DNA of 64,000 bases, taken from Candidatus Woesearchaeota archaeon (GTDB taxonomy: Archaea > Nanobdellota > Nanobdellia > SCGC-AAA011-G17 > GW2011-AR17). The notes under the pieces were generated by a model that saw only the letters and a program-made list of their open reading frames with translations, had not been told where the DNA came from and made no database searches. Within the stretch, counting starts at the first letter, position 1; each line of letters opens with the position of its first letter. Both the position numbers and the translations under genes were made by a program. Shown here one piece after another: positions 50,426-59,045 of the stretch. The stretch is from positions 29,953 to 93,952 of the forward strand of contig CAYPLB010000003.1 of the NCBI GenBank assembly GCA_964411565.1, written 5' to 3'.

Positions 50426-50769
50426 AATTTTTGGTCAATAATGTTTCTTTTCATAGCATTTATTTTTTGCATAAATACATCTGGAATATCTAAATACTGT
50501 AATTCTGGATCTTCTAAAGTTTCTAAAAATTCCTTTTCTTGTTTCTTTAAATCATAATAAAGACTTAAGTATTGGCCAGAATCTGCAAGCATCTTTTGTT
50601 TTGTAGAATTTATTGAAGACATTAATTTCTCTATTTTTCGCATGAATATAGACTCAGGACTAAGAAGAACTTTCTCAGGTTTTGGATTAATTTCATCTTC
50701 TGATAAAGGTAAACCTACCTTTCTAGGCTGAGATTTTATTCTTTCTAAACGCTCACGAACACTATCCAT
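50422..50769 (-). CDS. hypothetical protein
   Basis: 115 aa. Confidence 0.3.
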   Translation of the reverse strand: MDSVRERLERIKSQPRKVGLPLSEDEINPKPEKVLLSPESIFMRKIEKLMSSINSTKQKMLADSGQYLSLYYDLKKQEKEFLETLEDPELQYLDIPDVFMQKINAMKRNIIDQKF

Positions 50770-50817
50770 ATAAGGAGATAATATAAATGATTTAATAAAG
50801 TTTTATAGGATAGAGTA

Positions 50818-51675
50818 TTAATTTCCTTTCTCCCATAAATCACCAGCTTTATTGAAAGCTAATTTCCTTTGGAATTTAGAGTTCTTTACATAAATTTGAG
50901 TTGTGCCAATGTCAGAATGACCAGCATATGATTTGATTAGAAAAGAATCTACACCTTCATCAGCCATATGTTGTAACCTAGTGTGTCTTAACATGTGAGG
51001 CCTTAAATCTCTGTTTAAAATCTCCCTACCATATTTTTTTAAATGATACCATACAGTGATAGGTTTTATTATAAAAATTTTCTCAGAAGGATTTATGAGC
51101 TTTTTAGAATCTAGATATTCTTCAAGTAAAACTTTTGTAGAATCTTGGAAATAAACAGTTCTAGGTTTCTTACCCTTGCCCATCAAAGTAGCTTCTTTAA
51201 TATCTAAATCAATATCCTTAAGTTGTAAATTTGTTAATTCAGAAACTCTAGCACCAGTATCATAAAGAAATTTAATGATTAATTTGTCTCTTGGCTTTTT
51301 AATATTATCAACAAGATAAAGTAATTCTTTCTTAGAAAGTACATAATTAGCTAATTTTTCTGCATCATTCAATGCAGTACTAGGCTTCTTGTTGAAATTA
51401 ACTATTCTTTTAATTAAATCTTCTTCATAACCCAAACTTTTGAGATACAAGAAAAGAGCATATCTAGCAATAGGATGGTTTCTTTCTTTGAGATATTTCT
51501 CATGTTTTTTTAAGAGTTTATCAAAATTTTCTTTCTTCTTCGTATCAGGAATATATTTTGCAAGAGTTAATACTCCTTCAATAGTTCTTTCGCCTAATTT
51601 CTTTTCAGAGTTCCTTTTAGAAAAATCTCTTAGAAAAGCTTCAAATTTTAGAATTTTTCTTCTTTTTAGTGTAGT
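50818..51675 (-). CDS. tyrosine recombinase/integrase (XerA-like); catalytic domain starts at TTG 51450, in-frame N-terminal extension to 51675 lacks a canonical start codon
   Basis: Catalytic residues: TGARVSEL (Arg I), HMLRHTRLQH (H-x-x-R) and the Tyr in GTTQIYV. The 75-codon upstream open frame (…FEAFLRDFSKRNSEKKLGERTIEGVLTLAKYI…) looks like a core-binding domain. Confidence 0.75.
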   Translation of the reverse strand, partial: TTLKRRKILKFEAFLRDFSKRNSEKKLGERTIEGVLTLAKYIPDTKKKENFDKLLKKHEKYLKERNHPIARYALFLYLKSLGYEEDLIKRIVNFNKKPSTALNDAEKLANYVLSKKELLYLVDNIKKPRDKLIIKFLYDTGARVSELTNLQLKDIDLDIKEATLMGKGKKPRTVYFQDSTKVLLEEYLDSKKLINPSEKIFIIKPITVWYHLKKYGREILNRDLRPHMLRHTRLQHMADEGVDSFLIKSYAGHSDIGTTQIYVKNSKFQRKLAFNKAGDLWEKGN

Positions 51676-51746
51676 TCACCTCGACTAAATTAAAGATGTA
51701 ATAAGTTATATAAAAAAGTATAGTTTGATGATTAAAATTTTAGATC

Positions 51747-52139
51747 TTAGATTAAATGTTTTAATTGAGGTTCTAACTCAGGATGTTGCTTTAAAAGAAG
51801 ATCTAATCTAAAATAAGCACCACCACAAGAAATATCTATATCTTCAGAAGGATCTACAATAATTTGTTCTTTAGGTATATTTTTTAAAACACTAGTAGAA
51901 TAATCTCTATTTTCAATAAACCTTTGGTAAGTTTCTCTATCCATTGGTATACCATTCCAATTAAAATCTTCACAACCTAATTCATAATCTTCAATACTTA
52001 GAGATATATCTATTCCATTAAATGATACCATAGGATTAGGAAATCTATTTGAACAATAATCAAAGGCTGCATGAGTGCCAAATTCTTCTAAATGTTTACA
52101 TCTTAAGCATGCTGCAAGATTTTTTAAAGGGTTATACAT
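51747..52139 (-). CDS. hypothetical Cys-containing protein
   Basis: 130 aa. Confidence 0.3.
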   Translation of the reverse strand: MYNPLKNLAACLRCKHLEEFGTHAAFDYCSNRFPNPMVSFNGIDISLSIEDYELGCEDFNWNGIPMDRETYQRFIENRDYSTSVLKNIPKEQIIVDPSEDIDISCGGAYFRLDLLLKQHPELEPQLKHLI

Positions 52140-52202
52140 ATTAAAACTGAGGAAAAATAATGGTTTAAATAGTTTACCTATTAAGAATATTTAATGAAAA
52201 AA

Positions 52203-53084
52203 TTATTCAATTTTCTCAATTGTCCATGTAACAGTTCTAATCCTATTTTCAAATCCATTATCTAATTCTTTGTAAGCTGAATCTGTATAAGTACCAGAAC
52301 TATCTTCTGAAAAATATAATTTACAAATTGAAGCAGGACTTAAAACATCATCAGATAAATCAGCTTCACAAGGATAAACATCTCCTCCACCTGTACTAAT
52401 GCCATCAAAACCAACTAACTTATCTTCAACATCTGTTTCACCAGTATCACTATAATGAATTGTTTTAGAAGTAGAAACTGAAGAATCTTCTGTAACATAA
52501 CCAGGAGCTATGTAAAACCAAAATTCATCATTTGCATCAAGACTAATAACTCTAACAAACCCTTCAATTTCTTCAGAAAATGAACTAGAAGCAGGACCTA
52601 TAGAAGTTGTTATGTAATAAGATTCAGGAATGTATTCTTGTTCTTCAGTATAATCATAATAATAATCAGCGCTAACATCCATTACATAAAAATTTGAAGT
52701 ATCACCAAAATGTATTCTAACAAGATTAAAATCATAAGAATTAGTAGTTATTGAATCTAATTCATAACCTCATTCTTCACTTCTTGTACTTTTCATAATA
52801 GTTATTTCATCACTTATTGAAGCTGTATAAAATTCTAAAGAAGTTTCACCATATACTTCATCTAAACTGAAAGGTAAACCACTATCATCTAAATCTTCAT
52901 TATCATAATCGTAAGATTGACTACCTGGATTTTGACCTTGACCAGAACTACTTGATTGACTTGAACCAGAAGAAGAACTTGAATCAGAACTTGAATTATC
53001 TGAAACAGGTATTTCAATATCACATGAAGTTATTAGTAATAATGATATGATTATTAAAAGTAATAATTTTAATCTCATATACAT
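52203..53084 (-). CDS. secreted Ser/Asp-rich putative lipoprotein interrupted by a single in-frame TGA (52770-52772)
   Basis: Lipobox signal peptide (MYMRLKLLLLIIISLLLITSC). 52770..53084 and 52203..52682 are in the same frame with no other stop between them. Confidence 0.45.
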
Positions 53085-53317
53085 AAAAAAGATGCTAAGA
53101 TATATAAGTTTAATGTAAGATTTTATGGAAAATAAGGCAAAAATAAAGATTTTTGATAAAATATGAGGAATTAAGCCTGTTAAATTAAGATTAAATAAAA
53201 GAAGGTATATAGTTTAATAAAAATATTAATTTTATCGTCGATAAATGATTAAAAGTTTTGATCAAAAACTAAAAATTTTAAAGTATAGAATATTTGATAA
53301 AAGATTAAAAGTTTTAA

Positions 53318-53812
53318 TCAGTTTTTAGATAAGTATTTTTTCAATTTTCTGGCTGCTTTTTTAACTTCTTTTATGTTTTCTTCTGTTTTCATATTTTTTC
53401 TAGCATATTTCAAAATACTAAGGACATCAGGAAAATCTTTCATCCATTCATACTTTGGAAGTAAAGCAATATGAAAATGTGAAGGATTTACTTTACTTTC
53501 AATAGTTTCTTCTTTAAAGAGAATTTGAATATATTTGATATTAAGTACTTCCTTCATAGCTTTTCGAGTTTCACAAATAAAGTTGATAAATTCAATTCTT
53601 TCCTTTTTATTGAAATCAGCAAATCCCACAATATGTCTTTTAGAAGCAATAACAATAAATCCAGGAATAGGAATTTCATAATCTTGTTGAAGATCAAAAT
53701 ATTTTGTTTCAGAAATAACTCCACCAATTCTTTTTATTTCACCAGACTGTAAAGCACAACTTATACAATGAATGTCTTTTTCAATGTTTTCTATAGATTT
53801 AATCTTCGGCAT
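53318..53812 (-). CDS. HIT-family (histidine triad-like) protein
   Basis: N-terminal C-x-x-C (HCISCALQSGE) and the triad region PSHFHIALLP (third His replaced). Start trimmed to the internal Met. Confidence 0.6.
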   Translation of the reverse strand: MPKIKSIENIEKDIHCISCALQSGEIKRIGGVISETKYFDLQQDYEIPIPGFIVIASKRHIVGFADFNKKERIEFINFICETRKAMKEVLNIKYIQILFKEETIESKVNPSHFHIALLPKYEWMKDFPDVLSILKYARKNMKTEENIKEVKKAARKLKKYLSKN

Positions 53813-54416
53813 TTTTCTTTTTCTTCTTGGTTTTTTTAGAAGATTTAATATCAATTACTATCTCTTTTGAGCTTCCTGAAGGAATGATGATATCTTCATC
53901 AACTCTTACTAATACTTGATTTCCAGATCTTTTTCTTTTAACATATCCTATTTTTTCTAATAAGTTAATGTATTTGATTAAAGTACTTTTTACTTGTTCG
54001 TAAGATTTTTTAGGATAATTTTCCTCAGCAACTTCTCTAAATGAAAACCATTTATTTGGTCTTTCTCTACAAATACCAGAAATAACTCTCACTAAATCTC
54101 TTTGAGCATCAGTTAAACTATTCCACTTCTTTTCGTCATCTTCACTAGGTTCGAAAGTACTTTCATATATAGGTTCTACTGAACTCTCACTTATGGTATT
54201 CTGTTCAAGATTTATTAGTCTTTCATCTATATTTTCTAATTTATCAATAATACTCTGAAAATTACCATGATGAAATTCATCTCTATTTTTGAAATGATTT
54301 ATCCATTTAGAAATATGATCCATATCATTTCTAATATTTTGAAATGAACTTTTTACAGAATTATTAAATTCAGAAGAATGTTTCTGAATGCCTCTTTTTA
54401 TCAACCAATTTAACAT
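53799..54416 (-). CDS. coiled-coil plus C-terminal winged-helix DNA-binding protein (paralog A)
   Basis: C-terminal wHTH-like ...SYEQVKSTLIKYINLLEKIGYVKRKRSGNQVLV; similar N-terminal region to 54659..55405. Confidence 0.45.
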   Translation of the reverse strand: MLNWLIKRGIQKHSSEFNNSVKSSFQNIRNDMDHISKWINHFKNRDEFHHGNFQSIIDKLENIDERLINLEQNTISESSVEPIYESTFEPSEDDEKKWNSLTDAQRDLVRVISGICRERPNKWFSFREVAEENYPKKSYEQVKSTLIKYINLLEKIGYVKRKRSGNQVLVRVDEDIIIPSGSSKEIVIDIKSSKKTKKKKKNAED

Positions 54417-54470
54417 AGAATTATTACAAGAGTAGAAAGTTTATAAAGTTTTCGTCGAGAAAAAATGATT

Positions 54471-54562
54471 TGTAGACCACTTATAGACCGATTGTAGTCC
54501 GATTATAGTCCGATTGTAGACCAGTCTATAGACCGATCTATAGACCAGACTATAGCCCAAAA
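54471..54562. repeat. iteron-like array: 8 imperfect direct repeats of an 11-12-bp unit T(A/G)TAGACCGAT(C)
   Basis: Units read off in order: tgtagaccact, tatagaccgat, tgtagtccgat, tatagtccgat, tgtagaccagtc, tatagaccgatc, tatagaccagac, tatagcccaaaa. No spacers, so not CRISPR. Lies between the two paralogous wHTH genes, about 55 nt upstream of the 54416 start. Confidence 0.85.
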
Positions 54563-54658
54563 TAGATAATAATTATGTGAATAATGAATGATTAATTAAT
54601 AATAAAATATTGTCAATTTAAAATTATATATTAATATAAATAGATATAAAATGAGACT

Positions 54659-55405
54659 TCAAAAATCATCTCCTAGCTTCTTTTGAGAAGGATCTAAATT
54701 GTAAAATATCTGAATTAATTGTTTTTTTATGTTTAATCCTCTTATTTCTGAGGGAACTGAAAGTATGATTACTTTATTATTATATTTAGATTTAACTATA
54801 GGAATACCTTTCTTTATGAGACCACTAACATAAGTTCTTACACATCCAGAAGATATTTTGAGTTCTTTTGCTAAAGTTTCGTAAGTAACATGCTTAATTT
54901 GCTCTTCTTGCTGATAAATCACAAGAAAAGTCATAAATTCTTGTCTTGAGAGCTTACTTAAGATCCTTGGAAGATCTTCTTTAAAGCCTCGAATATCAAG
55001 TGAATAACCAGGAAGTGAATAACCAGGAAGTGAATAACCATCTAATGAAACCCCTTTATTTCCACTGGAGATTTCATTTTTTAGTAGTAAATCTTCTCTT
55101 TTAAAGCTAATTTCAGCCTTTTTTAGAGATTTAGAGACTATATTATCTTTATTTTTATTATCTTTATTATCCGAAAATGAGAGTTTAGAAGCCTCTAAAA
55201 CTTGAATTTTAGCTTCTAAAGCCTTAATTTTAGCATTTAAAGCCTCAATACTAGTATTTTGTTTAATAATATAATCTCTATTATGTCTAACTTCACCCTC
55301 TAATGCCTCGAAATGGTCCTTTACCCTCTTAAAAGACTTCTTTACAGCTTCCCTGAGATCAGATCCTAACATAAAGATAAGAAATAAAATGAGATATATA
55401 TACAT
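54659..55405 (-). CDS. coiled-coil plus C-terminal winged-helix DNA-binding protein (paralog B) with GYSLP x3 repeat
   Basis: C-terminal wHTH-like ...TYETLAKELKISSGCVRTYVSGLIKKGIPIV; internal 15-nt tandem repeat (55010-55055). Confidence 0.45.
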   Translation of the reverse strand: MYIYLILFLIFMLGSDLREAVKKSFKRVKDHFEALEGEVRHNRDYIIKQNTSIEALNAKIKALEAKIQVLEASKLSFSDNKDNKNKDNIVSKSLKKAEISFKREDLLLKNEISSGNKGVSLDGYSLPGYSLPGYSLDIRGFKEDLPRILSKLSRQEFMTFLVIYQQEEQIKHVTYETLAKELKISSGCVRTYVSGLIKKGIPIVKSKYNNKVIILSVPSEIRGLNIKKQLIQIFYNLDPSQKKLGDDF

Positions 55406-55473
55406 TTATGTGAATAATAAGTGAATAACCAAGTGCATAAGATGTGCATAATGAATATAATAAAAAGAAAAAT

Positions 55474-55926
55474 TTATCCAATATACTCTTCAGCCTTTTT
55501 ATCCTTAGTTACAGGAGTTTTTGGACTGATTGTTGGAATTCTTATATGAGGTGGTAAACCAACATCTTGAGCTAATGTTAATGCTTTTATTTGACATCTA
55601 ATTAAAACATTATTCATTACTTGTTGCATCATCTCAGGAGGTAATTGTTTTGATTTATTCCAACCTTTCATTAATTCATCAGATTTACCTTCAGGATCAT
55701 GAAAAACTAAATTACCAGCAATTTCAATAATAGCTTGATCAGGTTGATAATCTACTTTATATTCATAATAAAATCTTAGAACTTTTTCTTTCTTTCCACT
55801 TGAAATAGGTACGTCTTCTAACTTAAGATCTACAATAGTCATTCCATTATCTACTTTAATAGGAGCTTCTAATGTCTTCTTTTTCTCGATATTGATCTTG
55901 TCAAAACTAAATGATATAACTGGCAT
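55474..55926 (-). CDS. hypothetical protein
   Basis: 150 aa. Confidence 0.3.
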   Translation of the reverse strand: MPVISFSFDKINIEKKKTLEAPIKVDNGMTIVDLKLEDVPISSGKKEKVLRFYYEYKVDYQPDQAIIEIAGNLVFHDPEGKSDELMKGWNKSKQLPPEMMQQVMNNVLIRCQIKALTLAQDVGLPPHIRIPTISPKTPVTKDKKAEEYIG

Positions 55927-55983
55927 ATTTTTTCACCGAGACAAAGAAAAGAAATAACTTATTTAAAAGTTGTGGTTGTAGAA

Positions 55984-57639
55984 CTACATCTCTTCAGGAG
56001 TAGAAATAGCTAATAATGATAATCCTTCTTTTAATATATCTCTAGTCTTAGATACAAGGTTTAACCTTGCTTTAGCTAAGGATTTATCTTCTTCATAAAG
56101 TACAGGACAAGCTTGATAAAATTCGTTAAATTTTTGAGCTAAGTTAACTAAATACTTTGCTAATACAGAAGGCTTATACTGTTGTGCAGCATTTTCTATT
56201 GTAGATTCAAAGTTAAATATTAGTTTAATTAACTCAGCTTCCTTAGGATTTATTAATTTACTATAATCTACTTTAGAATTATTTTTTACCTTTCTTAATA
56301 TTGAAGATGCTCTAGCATAAGTATATTGTACATAAGGTCCAGTTTCTCCATTAAAATCTAATATAGTCTCCCAATCAAAATTAATATCTTTTACTCTATC
56401 ATGAGATAAATCCCAGAATATAATTGACCCTATACCAACTTGTTCAGATATTTTATCTTTATTTTTTAATTTAGGATTTTTTTCTTCAATTATTTCTTTT
56501 ACTTTTTCAACTGTTTTATCTAATACTTCCTCCAAGAAAACTATTTTTCCTTTTCTTGTAGACATAACAATACCTTTACCAAACTTCATCTTACCAAAGG
56601 AAATATGTAAATTATCTTTTGCCCAAGGATATTTAGCTAATTCTAACACTTTGAAAAATTGTTTAAAATGTAAAGATTGACCAGCATCAACAACATAAAG
56701 ATTTTTATAAAATTTATATTCCTTCTTTCTGTATAAAGCTGCAGCTAAGTCTCTTGTAGCATATATTGTTGCTCCATCAGATTTTTGGATTATACAAGGA
56801 GCCATATTATATTTGTCTAAGTTTACAATTAAAGCTCCTTCACTTTCCTCTATAATTCCTTTTTTATCTAAAATATTAATAGTATCTTTAAGCATGGGTT
56901 CATAAAAAGATTCTCCTGCCCAAGAATCAAAATCTACATTAAGTCTTTTGTATATCTTTTTGTATTCCTTTAAAGATAAATCACTAAATTCTTTCCAATA
57001 AGCTCTAGCTTTTTTATCTCCTTGTTCAAGTTTTGCAAAATATTCTCTACCTTTATCTACTAATTTAGGATCTTTTTCAGCTTCTTTATGGAACTTAACA
57101 TATATTTTTAACATATGTTTTAAAGGATTTTTTTTCAATTCTTTTCTATCACCCCAAGTTTCGAATGCAAAAATCATTTTACCAAATTGAGTTCCCCAGT
57201 CACCTAAATGATTAATTCTAATTACTTTGTAACCTTCAAATGTAAGTATTTTATATATTGAATTTCCGATCATAGTTGATCTTAAATGACCAATACCAAA
57301 AGGTTTCATAATATTTGGATGAGAAAAATCCATAGTAACTGTTTTTTTATTTGATTTCTTTTTCTTTATTTTAGACTCTATAATAGTTTTATTGAAAATA
57401 TCTTTATTTATAAAAAAGTTTAAGTATGGACCATTTGCTTCAACCTTCTCTAAAAATTTAGCTTTAAATTTAGGTTGTAAGTTTTTAGCTATTTCTACAG
57501 GAGATTTTTTTAATTGTTTAGATAGAGAAAAACAAGGAATAGCATAATCACCCATCTCTGGATTAGGTGGAGCTTGAAGAAGTTCAATTGAAATTTTTTC
57601 TTTCTTTAACAATTTTGAAATTTCTTTTTTAAAATCCAT
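55984..57639 (-). CDS. argS: arginyl-tRNA synthetase
   Basis: HLGDWGTQFGKMI (ArgRS HIGH region) and C-terminal DALR anticodon-binding region; 551 aa. Confidence 0.9.
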   Translation of the reverse strand: MDFKKEISKLLKKEKISIELLQAPPNPEMGDYAIPCFSLSKQLKKSPVEIAKNLQPKFKAKFLEKVEANGPYLNFFINKDIFNKTIIESKIKKKKSNKKTVTMDFSHPNIMKPFGIGHLRSTMIGNSIYKILTFEGYKVIRINHLGDWGTQFGKMIFAFETWGDRKELKKNPLKHMLKIYVKFHKEAEKDPKLVDKGREYFAKLEQGDKKARAYWKEFSDLSLKEYKKIYKRLNVDFDSWAGESFYEPMLKDTINILDKKGIIEESEGALIVNLDKYNMAPCIIQKSDGATIYATRDLAAALYRKKEYKFYKNLYVVDAGQSLHFKQFFKVLELAKYPWAKDNLHISFGKMKFGKGIVMSTRKGKIVFLEEVLDKTVEKVKEIIEEKNPKLKNKDKISEQVGIGSIIFWDLSHDRVKDINFDWETILDFNGETGPYVQYTYARASSILRKVKNNSKVDYSKLINPKEAELIKLIFNFESTIENAAQQYKPSVLAKYLVNLAQKFNEFYQACPVLYEEDKSLAKARLNLVSKTRDILKEGLSLLAISTPEEM

Positions 57640-57688
57640 GTTTGAAAATAATTGCCTTAAGTTCTTAAGTTTTTTGATTAATTTATTA

Positions 57689-57704
57689 ATTAGCGGTATA
57701 ACGC
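57689..57704 (+). promoter_or_regulatory. conserved motif ATTAGCGGTATAACGC about 40 nt upstream of the 57743 start
   Basis: Second copy of the motif at 49768; followed by a TTTTTAAAG TATA-like box. Confidence 0.4.
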
Positions 57705-57742
57705 AATAAAGTTTTTAAAGAGAAAAATATTTAAAATTAATT

Positions 57743-57997
57743 ATGAGTCGGATATCAAAAGAAAATTTAGAAAAAATAAAAAGTAATGTTTTAAGAGTTT
57801 TATTTGATGAGTCTCCAAGATCATTAAGTGCAACGAATATTGCAAATCAAGAAGCTAGAGATAAACAATTTATTTTGAAAATCTTAAAAGATTTAGAAAC
57901 TAAAAAAATAGTTAAAAATGTTACAAAAGATTTTTCAAGAAAAAGTTATTGGATTATGCATGAAGAAGCGTATAAAAAATATAAAGAATTACTTTAA
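57743..57997 (+). CDS. small putative winged-helix DNA-binding protein
   Basis: 84 aa; ...SATNIANQEARDKQFILKILKDLETKKIV is HTH-like. Confidence 0.4.
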   Translation: MSRISKENLEKIKSNVLRVLFDESPRSLSATNIANQEARDKQFILKILKDLETKKIVKNVTKDFSRKSYWIMHEEAYKKYKELL

Positions 57998-58989
57998 TAA
58001 TTTTCTTGACCATCTTCAATATAAGAAATATCAATACTTGCTTTTTTGAATATATCTCTTGAATCTTGTGCTGCATGGTATTTTCTTAAACATACTACTC
58101 TTATTATCCCAGCATTAATCATCATTTTTGCACAAATGTAACAAGGCTCTAGTTTACAATACATTGTTGCACTATCTATAGCAATACCATTCTTTGCAGC
58201 TTGGCAAATAGCATTTTGTTCTCCATGAGAAGTTCTTACACAATGTTTGGAAGTAGATCCATCTTGATGAGTTGTTTTCTTAATCTGATGTCCGACTTCA
58301 TCACAATGAGGTAAACCTTTAGGTGAACCAGCATAACCAGTAGCTAAAATTTGTTTATCTCTCACAATTAATACTCCAGTTCTTCCTCTATCACATGTAC
58401 TTCTTTTTCCTACTTCTAAAGCTAAATTCATAAAATATTCATCCCAGGTAGGTCTTTTGTAATCAATTCTTTCTATTATAGAATCTATTTGTAAATAAAT
58501 ATCTTCTAATGGACCTTCATTTTTTATATTATAATCTGCTTTCTCCATTACTTTACCTAAACCTTTGAAAAGAATGTCTCGTTCATCTCTTTCAAAAAAT
58601 TCTTCAGGAGTTTGAGGATCTTTTTCTGATCTTCTATTGTATCTAATTTCTCTAGAAGCTTGTATTGCAATTAATTTGAATCTTTTTGTATTGTTTTGTA
58701 AATAATCTAATTCTTCAGGACTTCTAATTCCTGTAATAATAACTTTATCATGATTTTCTGCTTTTTCTAAAGTTTTCCGCATAACAATATCTTTACCATG
58801 AAGTTTTCTCCATTCATCTGCTAGAATAGACATATTCATTTTTGTTGGCTCTCTGCCTTGTTCAATTAATTCATCTTTAATTACATCTGACATATTTAAT
58901 TGAATATAATTATATTTATTGATAATATAATGAGCTACAAAATCTTTTCCAGAACGCATTAAACCAGTGATACATAATGTAGTTTGCAT
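57994..58989 (-). CDS. fusion of a P-loop (d)NMP-kinase-like domain with dCMP/cytidine deaminase
   Basis: N-terminal CITGLMRSGKD P-loop; C-terminal zinc motifs HGEQNA and PCYICAKMMINAGI (H(A/G)E ... PCxxC). Confidence 0.65.
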   Translation of the reverse strand: MQTTLCITGLMRSGKDFVAHYIINKYNYIQLNMSDVIKDELIEQGREPTKMNMSILADEWRKLHGKDIVMRKTLEKAENHDKVIITGIRSPEELDYLQNNTKRFKLIAIQASREIRYNRRSEKDPQTPEEFFERDERDILFKGLGKVMEKADYNIKNEGPLEDIYLQIDSIIERIDYKRPTWDEYFMNLALEVGKRSTCDRGRTGVLIVRDKQILATGYAGSPKGLPHCDEVGHQIKKTTHQDGSTSKHCVRTSHGEQNAICQAAKNGIAIDSATMYCKLEPCYICAKMMINAGIIRVVCLRKYHAAQDSRDIFKKASIDISYIEDGQENY

Positions 58990-59045
58990 TTTATTTTATT
59001 TAGAAGTTTAGTTTATTAGTATTATTGTTATTGGAAGAATATTAT

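Noticed and set aside
2420-52772. Alternative genetic code (TAA/TGA reassigned) to explain the three in-frame stops
   Set aside because: Confidently identified genes terminate at the expected positions with TAA (galE, copA, hef, dtdA, tyrS, lonB…), TAG (argS, endonuclease) and TGA (NUDIX). The standard code fits; the three cases are better explained as pseudogenes, split genes or errors.
54471-54562. CRISPR array?
   Set aside because: Units are 11-12 bp, contiguous and without spacers; this is an iteron array, not CRISPR. No cas genes in the window.
49768-57704. The two ATTAGCGGTA(A/T)AACGC copies as att sites of an integrated element
   Set aside because: The bracketed region contains argS (core housekeeping), and both copies sit at fixed distance from TATA boxes. 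Promoter/operator elements are more likely.
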